A stretch of 64,000 bases of DNA from Candidatus Marinacidobacterales bacterium. Lineage in GTDB: Bacteria > Acidobacteriota > Vicinamibacteria > Marinacidobacterales > DATDRI01. The stretch is from the NCBI GenBank assembly GCA_965219415.1, contig CBDCNP010000002.1, positions 3,680,001 through 3,744,000 on the forward strand, written 5' to 3'. A model generated the notes under the pieces. That model was not told the DNA's origin. It worked only from the letters and a program-made list of their open reading frames with translations, and searched no databases. The translations under genes and the position numbers were made by a program. How positions within the stretch are numbered: the stretch's first letter is position 1; every line of letters begins with the position of its first letter. Shown one piece after another: positions 1-10,470 of this stretch.

Positions 1-230
1 TTGCGTGAGACGTGGAGCTCGTGTGTCTCTCGTAGCTCGTGGAGAATCCTCGGCGCGCCGTACGTGCTCCGCGACGCGGTGTGAATCGCCCGGATCTTCT
101 CAAGCAACTCCGCATCCGACACCGCGCGGGCCGACGGGGCACGCTCAAGCCACGCATAGTAGCCGCTGGCGGAGACGTCCAGCAGTCGGCACATCGTGGC
201 AACCGGTAGTGAATCCTGGTTCGCCCTCAC
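1..230 (-). CDS. IS3-family transposase OrfB, N-terminal part (partial)
   Basis: GTG overlaps the orfA TGA (GTGA); reads VRANQDSLPVATMCRLLDVSASGYYAW...SRSTYGAPRI, the typical IS3 orfB start. Confidence 0.88.
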   Translation of the reverse strand, partial: MRANQDSLPVATMCRLLDVSASGYYAWLERAPSARAVSDAELLEKIRAIHTASRSTYGAPRILHELRETHELHVSR

Positions 231-541
231 GAATCGGAAGGCTTCGGTGGTACCGACTCGGTCTCCCGAGCGAACCAGGCCGCGGCTTTTGAGAGGATCT
301 CCCGCTCCAACCGTAGTTGACGGTTCTCCCGTCGCAGGCGGCGGAGCTCCGCACGCTCCTCACTCGTCAGACCGTCCTGCCTGCGACCCTCGTCGAGATC
401 CGCCTGGTTCACCCAGTTCCGGATCGTCTGGCCCGAGGGCTCAAACTCTCGCGCCAGCTCTTCGGAGCCGCGGCCAGCTCGCACCAGCTCTACCATTTGG
501 CGCCGGAATTCGGCCGCGTATCTGTTTCCCTGCTTTGACAT
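227..541 (-). CDS. IS3-family transposase OrfA
   Basis: RYAAEFRRQMV HTH plus ELRRLRRENRQLRLEREILSKAAAWFA leucine zipper. Confidence 0.93.
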   Translation of the reverse strand: MSKQGNRYAAEFRRQMVELVRAGRGSEELAREFEPSGQTIRNWVNQADLDEGRRQDGLTSEERAELRRLRRENRQLRLEREILSKAAAWFARETESVPPKPSDS

Positions 542-649
542 CGTGGACTCCTGTCTCCCAAAGGATTAGGTGTCCACGAAAGCGGGTCAAGTCCAGCGGC
601 TTGATTTTGTTTTGTCCAACGCCATCAAACCACGGGGTTTGGAGCCGTT

Positions 650-1247
650 TCAATTCCCAACTAAGATTGGCACACTTTCTGGAGATCTCGACAGAAGCAC
701 GATATCCCCTTGATTCAGGCCGCCCCCATCGGATGGCACGATCTTGACATCGGCAAGCCTGGTCGTCGAGCCAATGTTGAACTCTATGGCAGAGTCAGCG
801 TCATAGCCGCCAGGGTTGCAGCCGGCTGGAAAAAGCACTGAAGCGCAGGAGTCGTCCCTTGGAATAATGACTAGCTTGTGAGGACCGTCGCTCACGCCGT
901 AGAGATTCTCACTAGGATCGAGGGCCACCGCGACGCCATCGGAGAAATCGGCAATCTGGCCGCACGCACCCCCGGCAGGATTACAGATTAACAGTCCGCC
1001 GCCTTGGGTGGGATTGGCAATGAGAAGAAGCTCATCATTGGGACGAAAGGCCAGCCCCTTGAAATTGCTCCCTGATAGATTGACAACCGGTGTGGACGTA
1101 CCGGCCGAGAAGCTAACGACCTGGGAAACCTGGTTGCTCGGACCGGTGAAATAGACGGTTTCGGTCTGGGCGAAGAGCCCGGAGGAAAACACAATGCTTC
1201 CCAACAGAAGGCTTCAATCCTATGAATGATTTACGGTTTTGTGACAT
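650..1247 (-). pseudogene. Secreted beta-propeller-like protein, frameshifted in the signal peptide and probably C-terminally truncated
   Basis: GGAGG + ATG at 1247 (MSQNRKSFIGL) joins the 650..1204 frame (LLLGSIVFSSGLFAQ) after removing one base near 1212; GLAF/VALD propeller-like motifs. Confidence 0.55.
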
Positions 1248-1435
1248 CGAGTGACCTCCAAAATGTGCGGAGACAAGCGTCCCCTAACGGGGCAGACAAC
1301 AACACAATGGGATCTCGATTAACGAGTCGAATTATCGCGAAACCTACCTTCCAGTACTCTGTTTTAAAGAGTCAGGGAGTTGGGAACGTATTTATACTCA
1401 GCCCTCACCCTCTTTGTCAAAGCCGCTACCTGCCG

Positions 1436-2659
1436 CTAGCCTGGAACGACACGGCAGAATCGGCGCTTGCCCACCTTCAAGACGAAGCCCCCGGAGCCCG
1501 ACGGCATGAGCTCCCGGTCCGCAGGCTCCCGGTTCCCGTCGATCTGGACCGCCCCCTGAGTGATCAAACGACCGGCTTCGCTCTTGGACGACGCTAAACC
1601 GGCGTCTACCATCAGACGAGACAGCATCACCGGTTTCTCGCCTTTGGGGAGCCGGTACTCGGGCATATCGTCGGGCAGGCCCCCCTTACGGAAAACCGCC
1701 TCGAAGGCCTCCTCGGCTTGCCGGGCTTCCTCAGGAGAGTGAAAGTCGGTCACGATCTGCCTCGCCAAATCCATCTTGGCCTGTTTGGGATGAACTTTCC
1801 CTTCTTTAACCTCGTGACGAAGCGTCTCGATCTCGGCGACACTCTTGTCGATCAGAAGCTCGTAATACCGGAACATCAAGTCATCGGCGATCGACATGAG
1901 TTTCCCGTACATCTCTTTCGGTGGCTCGGTCACCCCAACGTAGTTGTCGAGGCTCTTCGACATCTTCTCGACACCGTCTGTACCTTCTAGAAGGGGTACG
2001 GTCATGATGACCTGAGGCTCGAGTCCGTACTCACGCATGATGTCCCGGCCGACGAGAAGATTGAACGTCTGATCCGTCCCACCCAGCTCGAAATCCGCCT
2101 CGAGGTGTACAGAATCGTAGGCTTGGACCAAGGGATAGAGAAACTCATGGATCGCGATCGGCTCTTGAGCCTGATACCGGCGTTTGAAATCGTCCCGTTC
2201 GAGCATGCGGGCCACGGTGTACTTGGCGGTGAGACGCACCATCGCCTCGCCGTTGAGCTCGTTGAGCCACTTGCTGTTGAACGGTACTTCCGTTTTCTCA
2301 GGATCGAGGATCTTGAAGACCTGTTGCTTGTAGGTCTCGGCATTCTCCTCGACTTGCTGTCGCGTCAGTTGAGGACGTGTCTTCGACTTCCCACTCGGAT
2401 CCCCGATGAGTCCAGTGAAATCTCCAATGAGAAAGTAGACGACATGGCCGAGATCCTGGAAGTGCTTCATCTTCCGCATGACCACGGTGTGGCCTAGATG
2501 TATGTCCGGCGCCGAAGGATCGAAACCAACTTTTACCTTGAGCGGCTTTCCGGTCTTCGCTGATTTCGTGAGTTTCGCCCGGAGCTCCTCCGCCTTCACC
2601 ACGTCCACCGTTCCCTTGGTGAGATAGGCGATCTGGTCGTCGATGGCGAGCTTCTTCAC
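1436..2659 (-). CDS. tyrS: Tyrosine--tRNA ligase
   Basis: [18 protein letters not shown] and C-terminal S4 domain ending VGKRRF. Confidence 0.98.
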   Translation of the reverse strand: MKKLAIDDQIAYLTKGTVDVVKAEELRAKLTKSAKTGKPLKVKVGFDPSAPDIHLGHTVVMRKMKHFQDLGHVVYFLIGDFTGLIGDPSGKSKTRPQLTRQQVEENAETYKQQVFKILDPEKTEVPFNSKWLNELNGEAMVRLTAKYTVARMLERDDFKRRYQAQEPIAIHEFLYPLVQAYDSVHLEADFELGGTDQTFNLLVGRDIMREYGLEPQVIMTVPLLEGTDGVEKMSKSLDNYVGVTEPPKEMYGKLMSIADDLMFRYYELLIDKSVAEIETLRHEVKEGKVHPKQAKMDLARQIVTDFHSPEEARQAEEAFEAVFRKGGLPDDMPEYRLPKGEKPVMLSRLMVDAGLASSKSEAGRLITQGAVQIDGNREPADRELMPSGSGGFVLKVGKRRFCRVVPG

Positions 2660-3246
2660 GGTTGGGACACCTTGTCGAGCATGAGCCGAATGGCTTTTGG
2701 ATAAGCGCGGTGCTCTTCCTTGAGAATGCGAGCGGAAAGAGTCTCTTCGGTGTCGTCGTCTTTAACAGCTACCGCGGTCTGGAGCACGATGGGACCATGG
2801 TCCAACTCCTCGTCGACGATGTGCACCGTACAACCGGATACCTTGACCCCGTGCCCGAGGGCTTGGCGTTGAGCATGAAGGCCAGGAAAAGAAGGCAGAA
2901 GCGAGGGATGTATATTAAGGATGCGGTTCGGAAAGGCGCGGACGAATAGCGGAGACAAGCGCCTCATGAAGCCGGCCAGGCAAATCAGATCGACTTCATG
3001 TCGTTTGAGCTCGTCGACCACGGCTCGATCGAACTCTTCCCTAGAAGGAAAACTCTTGTGGTCGATCACCGCGGTCGGAACGCCGGCTTCCGTTGCGCGA
3101 GTGAGCCCCGCCGCGGTCGCCTGGTTGCTAAGAACGATCCCGATCCGCGCCTCCAACTCGCCCTGTCGGATCGCGTCGAGAATGGCTTGGAGATTCGAGC
3201 CACGTCCAGAGATCAAGACTCCGAGTGTACGCCCATCCGCGCTCAA
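2656..3246 (-). CDS. purN: Phosphoribosylglycinamide formyltransferase
   Basis: [31 protein letters not shown]; TTG start overlaps the purM stop. Confidence 0.96.
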   Translation of the reverse strand: MSADGRTLGVLISGRGSNLQAILDAIRQGELEARIGIVLSNQATAAGLTRATEAGVPTAVIDHKSFPSREEFDRAVVDELKRHEVDLICLAGFMRRLSPLFVRAFPNRILNIHPSLLPSFPGLHAQRQALGHGVKVSGCTVHIVDEELDHGPIVLQTAVAVKDDDTEETLSARILKEEHRAYPKAIRLMLDKVSQP

Positions 3247-4268
3247 AGCGACCCCTCGTAAAGGACTTTGCGGTCGCCGGTGACGATCTCTCCAATCACC
3301 AACGGTGCGTGGCTCGACAGGAGCTCGAGGGCTTCCTGTCGATGCTGGCTCGCCACCATGACAACCAAGCCGATCCCCACGTTGAACGCGCGCAGCATCT
3401 CGCTCTGCGGGACCGAACCCTTGCGCCTCAGGTAGTCGAAGAGCTCGGGAAGCGCCCAACTACCCAAGCGAACGCGCGCCGAAGTGCCGCTTGGCAAGAC
3501 CCGCGGGATGTTATCGGTGAGGCCGCCACCGGTAATGTGGGCCATCGCCTTGACCAACCGCTTTTCGAGAAGAGGCTCTACCAATGGAAGGTAGCAGCGG
3601 TGTGGAGCGAGGAGAAGGTCGGCTACCGAAGCACCTAATTCTTCCACGATACTTTCTGGGCTCAGTCCTTCCTTCTCGAAGAGGATCTTTCGGGCCAGGG
3701 AGTAGCCGTTGGTGTGAAGACCGGTGGAGCCGAGTCCAATCAGCACATCGCCTGGCTCGACACTCGATCCATCGATGATGTCCTCTCGCTCCACGACACC
3801 TACGATGGTCCCTGCCAGATCGTACTCGCCCTCTTGATAAAACCCAGGCATCTCGGCCGTCTCTCCGCCCAATAGCGACACCTCAAACTCCTCGCAGGCC
3901 CGAGCGATCCCGGAGACCACCGCCTCCGCCACGTCGGGCACGAGCTTCCCCGTCGCTAAGTAGTCAAGGAAGAAAAGGGGGCGAGCCCCCTGCACGAGAA
4001 TGTCGTTGATGCAGTGGGAGACGAGATCGTACCCCACCGTATCGTGACGGCCAGAGGAGAAAGCGACTTTTAGCTTAGTTCCGACTCCGTCCGTGCTTGC
4101 GACCAAGACCGGCTCACGGTACTTGGTGGTGTCCAGACGGAAGAGCCCGCCGAAACTTCCGAGGTCTCCGAGGGTTCCAGCGGTGAAGGTCTTACGAGCC
4201 AGCCGGCGGATCTTCTCCATGGTTTTGGCCGCCGCATCGATATCGACCCCTGCCGAGGAGTAGTCCAT
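3243..4268 (-). CDS. purM: Phosphoribosylformylglycinamidine cyclo-ligase (AIR synthetase)
   Basis: MDYSSAGVDID, STDGVGTK, GGETAEMPG, GLHTNGYSL, HITGGG. Confidence 0.98.
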   Translation of the reverse strand: MDYSSAGVDIDAAAKTMEKIRRLARKTFTAGTLGDLGSFGGLFRLDTTKYREPVLVASTDGVGTKLKVAFSSGRHDTVGYDLVSHCINDILVQGARPLFFLDYLATGKLVPDVAEAVVSGIARACEEFEVSLLGGETAEMPGFYQEGEYDLAGTIVGVVEREDIIDGSSVEPGDVLIGLGSTGLHTNGYSLARKILFEKEGLSPESIVEELGASVADLLLAPHRCYLPLVEPLLEKRLVKAMAHITGGGLTDNIPRVLPSGTSARVRLGSWALPELFDYLRRKGSVPQSEMLRAFNVGIGLVVMVASQHRQEALELLSSHAPLVIGEIVTGDRKVLYEGSL

Positions 4269-4317
4269 GCGGGTGATTATCTCACAGCGCGCCCGACCCG
4301 TAAGGGCCGCCGGCCGG

Positions 4318-4541
4318 TCCGCCTTCGCCAAAAGGCTTCGGCGGATCCGCCGTAGCTCGAACGCACGTGGACGTGTTGAGCGAAGGCGGAGAGGAATTGC
4401 CGAGCGATTCGGCCGTGGCAATGGCCCGAGCGCAGCCTTGAGCCGATGCGGAGTCGCTTGCCGACGAAGCATTTCGGCGTGGGGGTGGGGCCCCGCGCCA
4501 TCAAGCAAAGAGCGAGGGCGGCGAGCGAGCGCGGAGCGAGC
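4318..4541. repeat. Cluster of REP-like palindromic elements
   Basis: Perfect IR TCCGCCTTCGC (4318-4328) / GCGAAGGCGGA (4380-4390) enclosing hairpin GCTTCGGCGG-AT-CCGCCGTAGC; then GGGGGTGGGGCCCCGCG and GAGCGAG iterations. Confidence 0.6.
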
Positions 4542-4551
4542 ATAAGTCCTG

Positions 4552-4580
4552 TTGACTGGCGGCGCGAGAAATTATAGGCT
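4552..4580 (+). promoter_or_regulatory. Putative sigma70 promoter for the DUF2911 gene
   Basis: TTGACT-N17-TAGGCT. Confidence 0.5.
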
Positions 4581-4706
4581 TCGCATCCGTAGGGGAGCCC
4601 AATCCAGTCAGAGACCGAAGTCCCGCCACAGGTCGAGCTAGAGCCGCACCGTTGGACGGCGGGTGGGGGGGCTTTACTAACCTTTTTCGAGTTTGGAGGT
4701 TTGTTT

Positions 4707-5330
4707 ATGTCGAGGAGATCGATTCTGCTGAGCATGGCGGTAGCCGGCTTGGCTCTTTACACGCCACTCTTGCTCGCCCAGGATGCGAAGTTCGAAGCAT
4801 TCGATGGTGAATCCGACCGTGGTAGCGCCAGCATCGCCTACTTCAGCCAACCTTCGGAGGACGAGTTCAACGCGGAGGGAGGGTTTGTCATCACTTATGG
4901 TCGGCCCGAGTGGCGAGCCGAGTATGACGAGCAGTTCGACGAGCTAACCAAAGGAAAGCGGTGGCGCTTCGGAAACAATTCCTGGACGACCTTGGATACG
5001 AACATCCCGCTTAAGATAGCGGGAGCCAAAGTCGCTCCCGGTTACTATTACCTAGTGCTCGAACGCGGCCAGGGTGACGACTGGGCGTTGGTGATTCTTG
5101 ATCCCGAACCACTCCAGAAGAAAAAGATGGATGCCTCCGGGGCCGAAGAGACTACCGGGGGAATCAAGGCTCCGTTGACAACGAGCATGACTGCGGAACC
5201 TGCCACAAAGCTCACGGTAAACCTAACTAAGAATGACAACGACCTAACCAAGGCGTCGTTGGACATTCAGTGGGGCAAGCGCAAGCTCTCCGCTCCGATC
5301 GACGTGGGAGTCGAAGTCCCAAGCTCCTAG
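4707..5330 (+). CDS. DUF2911 domain secreted protein
   Basis: GGAGG RBS, signal peptide, ITYGRP, WRFGNN.WT, VAPGYY, IQWG motifs. Confidence 0.82.
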   Translation: MSRRSILLSMAVAGLALYTPLLLAQDAKFEAFDGESDRGSASIAYFSQPSEDEFNAEGGFVITYGRPEWRAEYDEQFDELTKGKRWRFGNNSWTTLDTNIPLKIAGAKVAPGYYYLVLERGQGDDWALVILDPEPLQKKKMDASGAEETTGGIKAPLTTSMTAEPATKLTVNLTKNDNDLTKASLDIQWGKRKLSAPIDVGVEVPSS

Positions 5331-5347
5331 AGAACGAACAAAGGTAG

Positions 5348-5398
5348 AGCGCATCCGCCGCCTGGCCATGTCCGGCGAGTGAAGCGGATGCGCTTTTT
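5348..5398 (+). terminator. Intrinsic terminator-like hairpin between convergent genes
   Basis: AGCGCATCCGC ... GCGGATGCGCT stem followed by a T run. Confidence 0.6.
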
Positions 5399-5403
5399 CT
5401 TTC

Positions 5404-5865
5404 CTAACCCCTTTTTCTGACGATTCTATCCAGCGAAAAGCGGCCCGCGCCCATCAGAATCAGCGCAACGAAGATCAGAACATAGACGAGCGCCTTCTCC
5501 GGATCTCGCCAGCTCTCGATGGTCTTCTCCGATGCCTGGTAGATGCCGAGCCAGACGAGCAAATGCAGGTGGAATTTGTGGCGTATGAATCCAGCCACCA
5601 GCATTGTGAAAGCAGAGAATGATGCGGCCACGCGAGTAAAGAGTCCGAGCGCGACTAGAAGACCGCCCGCGAACTCGGCGAGAGCCGCAGCCCAGGCGAA
5701 CAAGCCGGGCATCGGGAACCCGAGCCGCCCAACCCCCTCGATGAACCCGGCGCCTTCTCCCGAAACGAGGGCCGCGATCTTTCCCCAGCCATGCGCCAAA
5801 GCTAGCCCCAGTCCGGCCAAACGCAATACCAACAAGGCCACGTCTTTAATCATCGTTTGTTTCAT
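5404..5865 (-). CDS. DoxX family membrane protein
   Basis: LRL...HGWGK, AEFAGGLLVALGLFTR.AA, GAGRFSLD. Confidence 0.9.
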   Translation of the reverse strand: MKQTMIKDVALLVLRLAGLGLALAHGWGKIAALVSGEGAGFIEGVGRLGFPMPGLFAWAAALAEFAGGLLVALGLFTRVAASFSAFTMLVAGFIRHKFHLHLLVWLGIYQASEKTIESWRDPEKALVYVLIFVALILMGAGRFSLDRIVRKRG

Positions 5866-5881
5866 CTCCCTAGCACACCGG

Positions 5882-8800
5882 TCACCTTTGTGATGGCTTG
5901 GTTATGACTTCTTGGTGAATCTCTTGAAGGCTTCGTGGATCGAATCGACCTTGCTTCAACGCTTCGATGCCGGCCACGGTCGCGTTGGCACCAGTGAGAG
6001 TCGTGATACAGAGGACGCCATGCTGTATGGCCGTCATGCGAATCGCTTCTTCGTCATAGAAAGACTTTCTTCCGAGAGGCGTATTCACTATCAGGTCGAC
6101 CTTGCCGCTGATCAGATGGTCGACGATATGTGGACGACCTTCGTTGACCTTGAACACTCGCTCGGCGGATAGCCCGTTGGACTCGAGAAAGGCCGCCGTC
6201 CCGCGGGTGGCCACGAGGCGGAACCCCAGCCGCGTTAGTCGCCGCGCAACCGACACCAAGCCGGTCTTGTCATTATTGTTTACGGAGAGGAAGGCGGTCC
6301 CAGAGGTCGGAACCTTGTGGCCGGCCGCTATTTGCCCCTTCGCGAAGGCGCACCCGAAATCATAGGAGATGCCCATGACCTCGCCGGTCGACTTCATCTC
6401 CGGTCCGAGAAGGGTATCGACCCCCGGAAACTTCACGAAGGGAAACACCGGCACCTTGATGGAGACTTGCGGGACGGGGAGCTCTGGGGGTAGCCCAAGA
6501 GAAGCCACCGATTCACCCAACATGACCCGAAGCGCCGCCTCGACGAGGGCAACACCGGTCGCCTTGCTTACGAACGGAACCGTTCGTGAAGCTCGCGGGT
6601 TGGCCTCGAGCACGAAGACTTTCCCGTCCTTAATCGCGTACTGGACGTTGAGGAGTCCTTTCACCTGGAGCGCTCGCGCTATCTGTCGAGTGTAATCTCG
6701 GATCGTATCGAGATGCGCCGGCTCTACCAAGTAAGGAGGTAGGATGCTCGAACTATCCCCGGAATGAATCCCCGCTTCCTCGATATGCTCCATGATCCCG
6801 CCGATCAAGACGTCCACCCCATCGGACAAGGCATCGACATCGACCTCGAAGGCATCCTCCAAGAAGCGGTCCAGGTAAACCGGATGAGAAGGTGAGGCGT
6901 CCACGGCGTGGCTCATGTATTCCTGGAGATGCTCGCTGTCGTAGACGATAGCCATCGCCCGGCCGCCCAACACGTAAGACGGGCGCACCAAGATGGGGTA
7001 GCCAATGGCTGATGCCGCCTCGAGGGCCTCCTCGACCGAGCTGGCGGTGGCGCTCTCGGGTTGTGGAATTCCGAGCTTGGCTAGGAGCGCCGAAAATCGT
7101 TGACGATCTTCGGCGATGTCGATGCTGTCCGACGAAGTACCAAGGATGGACACTCCCGCCGCCTCGAGAGAGCGAGCCAGCTTGAGCGGTGTCTGTCCTC
7201 CCAATTGCACGACGGCCGCTTCAGGCCGTTCCGCGTCCACGATGTGAAGAACGTCCTCCAAAGTGAGTGGTTCGAAGTAGAGTCGATCCGAGGTGTCGTA
7301 GTCCGTCGACACCGTCTCCGGGTTGCAGTTGACCATAATCGACTCGACTCCTGCTTCCCGAAGCGTGTACGCCGCCTGGCAGCAACAGTAATCGAACTCG
7401 ATACCCTGCCCGATTCGATTGGGACCGCTCCCCAAGATCATGAGCTTCCGCCGATCGCTCGGCTCCACTTCGCTTTCCGATTGGTATGTGGAGTAGAGGT
7501 AAGGCGTGTGAGAAGCGAACTCCGCGGCACAGGTGTCGACCCGTTTGAAGACCGGCATGAGTCCCTGCTTCTTTCTTTCCTCTCGGATCGACTCCTCGCT
7601 GCTGTTGGTCAAAACTGCAATTTGTCTGTCCGAGAAGCCACAGGCCTTCGCCTCGGCGAGAAGCGAATCGGTACCCTCTGAAACCAGTCGATCCTTGAGC
7701 TCGACGATGAGGCGGAGCTGCTCTAGAAACCACGGGTCGACTTTACTGAGCCGGTGAATCTCCTCAACCGAAAACCCTTGCGACAGGGCGCCTATCAACT
7801 GTGCCAGCCGATCCGGCGTCGGTACCGGAAGGCGTTGTCGGAGCTTGCTAGGATCCGCGACTTCGGGATTCAAGACACCGGCCCCTTCATCGTTCCGCTC
7901 GAGTGAACGGAGCGCCTTCAATAGCGCCTCTCGAAAGTTGGATCCGAGAGCCATCACTTCCCCAACCGATTTCATTTGCGTCCCCAGCGTCCTATCGGCC
8001 TTGGGAAATTTCTTGAAGCTCCACCGTGGCATCTTGACCACCACGTAGTCGATGGTGGGTTCGAAGCTGGCGGGAGTGGTGCGGGTGATGTCGTTTTCGA
8101 TCTCGTCCAGACGATAGCCGAGCGCAACCTTCGCAGCGATCTTTGCGATCGGGAACCCGGTTGCCTTGGAAGCTAGTGCCGAGCTGCGAGAGACGCGCGG
8201 GTTCATCTCGATGATCACCATGCGCCCCGTCGAAGGCTCGACCGCGAACTGGATGTTGCTGCCACCCGTCTCCACGCCAACCGCATCGATGACGCGACGA
8301 GCCTGATCGCGCATCTGCTGGTATTCCACGTCGGTCAAGGTTTGCGCAGGCGCCACGGTGATGGAGTCTCCGGTATGAACCCCCATCGGATCGAGGTTTT
8401 CGATCGAACAGATGACGGTAAAATTCGAAGCGCCGTCCCGCATCACTTCGAGCTCGAACTCTTTCCAGCCCAGCAGGGACTCTTCGATGAGTACCCGTCC
8501 CACCGGTGAGAGGAAGAGCCCGCGCTTCATCAGCTCAACGAACTCGTCCAAGTTGTAAGCGACGCCTCCGCCCGCTCCACCGAGCGTGAAAGAGGGCCGT
8601 ATTATCGCGGGGTAACCTAACTCTTCGACGAACGCCACCGCTTCTTCGACGCTACCCGCATACCCGCTTTGCGGAACGTCGAGACCCGCCTCGGTCATCG
8701 CTTGCTTGAACAGTTGCCGATCTTCGGCGAGCTTCACCGCTTCGAGATTGGCTCCGATGAGGCGGACACCGTGTCGATCGAGCGCGCCCGAATCGGCGAG

Positions 8801-9103
8801 CTCCACCGCAAGATTGAGCCCAGTCTGCCCACCGACGGTCGGAAGGATCGCATCGGGCCGTTCCCGCTCTATGATGGGCTCCACAAACCTACCGGTTAGA
8901 GGCTCGATATAGGTGCGGTCGGCGAGCCCCGGATCGGTCATAATCGTCGCCGGGTTCGAGTTCACGAGAATTACTCGAACACCTTCGTGGCGCAACACTT
9001 TCACGGCCTGCGTCCCCGCGTAGTCGAACTCGGCGGCCTGACCGATCACGATCGGGCCCGAGCCCACCACCAAAACGCTTTCGATACTCTTGTCTCGGGG
9101 CAT
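5882..9103 (-). CDS. carB: Carbamoyl-phosphate synthase large subunit
   Basis: [17 protein letters not shown], two ATP-grasp halves (HTGDS/HSGDS), MGS domain. Confidence 0.99.
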   Translation of the reverse strand: MPRDKSIESVLVVGSGPIVIGQAAEFDYAGTQAVKVLRHEGVRVILVNSNPATIMTDPGLADRTYIEPLTGRFVEPIIERERPDAILPTVGGQTGLNLAVELADSGALDRHGVRLIGANLEAVKLAEDRQLFKQAMTEAGLDVPQSGYAGSVEEAVAFVEELGYPAIIRPSFTLGGAGGGVAYNLDEFVELMKRGLFLSPVGRVLIEESLLGWKEFELEVMRDGASNFTVICSIENLDPMGVHTGDSITVAPAQTLTDVEYQQMRDQARRVIDAVGVETGGSNIQFAVEPSTGRMVIIEMNPRVSRSSALASKATGFPIAKIAAKVALGYRLDEIENDITRTTPASFEPTIDYVVVKMPRWSFKKFPKADRTLGTQMKSVGEVMALGSNFREALLKALRSLERNDEGAGVLNPEVADPSKLRQRLPVPTPDRLAQLIGALSQGFSVEEIHRLSKVDPWFLEQLRLIVELKDRLVSEGTDSLLAEAKACGFSDRQIAVLTNSSEESIREERKKQGLMPVFKRVDTCAAEFASHTPYLYSTYQSESEVEPSDRRKLMILGSGPNRIGQGIEFDYCCCQAAYTLREAGVESIMVNCNPETVSTDYDTSDRLYFEPLTLEDVLHIVDAERPEAAVVQLGGQTPLKLARSLEAAGVSILGTSSDSIDIAEDRQRFSALLAKLGIPQPESATASSVEEALEAASAIGYPILVRPSYVLGGRAMAIVYDSEHLQEYMSHAVDASPSHPVYLDRFLEDAFEVDVDALSDGVDVLIGGIMEHIEEAGIHSGDSSSILPPYLVEPAHLDTIRDYTRQIARALQVKGLLNVQYAIKDGKVFVLEANPRASRTVPFVSKATGVALVEAALRVMLGESVASLGLPPELPVPQVSIKVPVFPFVKFPGVDTLLGPEMKSTGEVMGISYDFGCAFAKGQIAAGHKVPTSGTAFLSVNNNDKTGLVSVARRLTRLGFRLVATRGTAAFLESNGLSAERVFKVNEGRPHIVDHLISGKVDLIVNTPLGRKSFYDEEAIRMTAIQHGVLCITTLTGANATVAGIEALKQGRFDPRSLQEIHQEVITKPSQR

Positions 9104-9105
9104 GC

Positions 9106-10194
9106 TCAGCCTCTCCGATCTTCGAGCATCTTGACGAAGTGATCGAAGAGATAGTGCGCGTCGTGTGGGCCCGGTGCAGCTTCGGGATGATACTGGATGC
9201 TCATCGTGGGACTGTTCTTGAGGCGAAAGCCCTCCAACGTGCCGTCATTCAAGTTGAAGTGAGTCAGTTCCACAGGAAGACCCCGCAAAGAATCTTCCTC
9301 AACGGAGAATCCGTGGTTCTGCGATGTGATCTCGACGGCCCCATCGGAAACCCTTTTGACCGGATGGTTCGCGCCGTGATGGCCGAACGGAAGCTTGAAG
9401 GTCTTGCCGCCGACCGCAAGGCCGAGCACTTGGTGTCCGAGGCAGATTCCGAAAACCGGCAAGCGCTCCATGAGCTCTTTGGCTGCTTCGACGGCGTACG
9501 TGAGTGGCTTCGGATCGCCGGGCCCGTTGGAGAAGAAAATACCGTCAGGCCTGAGAGATAATGCCTCGCGCGCCGGCGTCTGGGCAGGTATTACCGTGGT
9601 GCGGATGCCGCATGCGGCGAGACTTCGGAGAATCCCTCGCTTCATCCCCAGATCGTAGGCCACAATATGGAATCGCTCTTGCGCGGTGGCTGGCCAAGAA
9701 TAGGGCTCGCCGCAGGTTACGACCTTCGCTAAATCCGTACCGATCATCTCCGGGGCGCGGCGAGCCGTCTCCGCATGCTCTTGGACCGGGGCTTCGGTCG
9801 TCGTGAGGACGGCGCGCATTGCTCCCTTTGAACGGATATGCCGCGTCAGAGCGCGGGTGTCGATTCCGCAGATGGCGGGAATGCCGTGTTCGGTCAGGTA
9901 CTGCGACAGAGTGTCCTCGGCACGGTGATTGCTGGCCACCGGTGACGGCTCGCGCACTACGAGAGCCTGGACCTGCGGACGGGCGGACTCGACATCCTCG
10001 GAGTTGACCCCGTAGTTACCTATATGGGGATAGGTGAGGGTAACGATCTGTCCGCAGTAGGACGGATCAGTCAGGATTTCCTGGTAGCCGGTTAACGCGG
10101 TGTTGAAAACGATTTCGCCCGTAGCGTCACGGGCGGCACCAAAGGACCGACCCTCGAATGAGTGCCCGTCCTCCAGTACTAAGTATGATTTCAC
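9106..10194 (-). CDS. carA: Carbamoyl-phosphate synthase small subunit
   Basis: [33 protein letters not shown]. Confidence 0.99.
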   Translation of the reverse strand: MKSYLVLEDGHSFEGRSFGAARDATGEIVFNTALTGYQEILTDPSYCGQIVTLTYPHIGNYGVNSEDVESARPQVQALVVREPSPVASNHRAEDTLSQYLTEHGIPAICGIDTRALTRHIRSKGAMRAVLTTTEAPVQEHAETARRAPEMIGTDLAKVVTCGEPYSWPATAQERFHIVAYDLGMKRGILRSLAACGIRTTVIPAQTPAREALSLRPDGIFFSNGPGDPKPLTYAVEAAKELMERLPVFGICLGHQVLGLAVGGKTFKLPFGHHGANHPVKRVSDGAVEITSQNHGFSVEEDSLRGLPVELTHFNLNDGTLEGFRLKNSPTMSIQYHPEAAPGPHDAHYLFDHFVKMLEDRRG

Positions 10195-10304
10195 CCTAAG
10201 AGAGACCCCGGGGATTGTAGACGATCCTGGCCGAAACGCAAAAAGCCAACCACGGGGCTAAAGACGCCCGTAGCCAGCGTGTTATCATGCGCGGCGAACG
10301 CACT

Positions 10305-10469
10305 ATGAAAGCCCTTTCCTTCCTCTCCGCCGCATTGTTGGCAATCGGTTGGGTCTGGTTTTCGAATTCCGCGGCGCGGGCCCTAAACGACGAGCCTCAC
10401 CTCGCGAACGTGCGGCAGCTGACTCAGGGTGGCGAGACCCACATCTTCATCGCCGACTGAATCCCTTGA
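10305..10469 (+). pseudogene. Remnant of a secreted TolB/PD40-repeat protein with nearly the whole interior deleted
   Basis: MKALSFLSAALLAIG...EPHLANVRQLTQGGE fused directly to THIFIAD*IP*, the typical N- and C-termini of this family. Confidence 0.6.
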
Positions 10470-10470
10470 G

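Larger units (their letters stand above)
1..595 (-). mobile_element. IS3-family insertion sequence (left part; runs off window start)
   Basis: Minus-strand end TGGACTTGACCCGCTTTCGTGGACACC starts 5'-TG at 595 and is followed by orfA and orfB. Confidence 0.88.

Noticed and set aside
4590-4680. tRNA-Sec, SRP RNA or glycine riboswitch
   Set aside because: Only short word matches (AATCCAGT, ACCGAAG); no T-loop GTTCG, no SRP GGAA loop motif, no complete aptamer core
10225-10280. c-di-GMP-I riboswitch-like text (ACGCAAAAAGCC...GGGGCTAAAG...TAGCCAG)
   Set aside because: The GGCAAA/GNRA-capped P2 arm is missing; better explained as a single REP-like hairpin
10458-10460. TGA at a Trp position suggesting stop-codon reassignment
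   Set aside because: TGA terminates many intact genes here (purM, carA, carB, hutU); this is a nonsense change in a remnant
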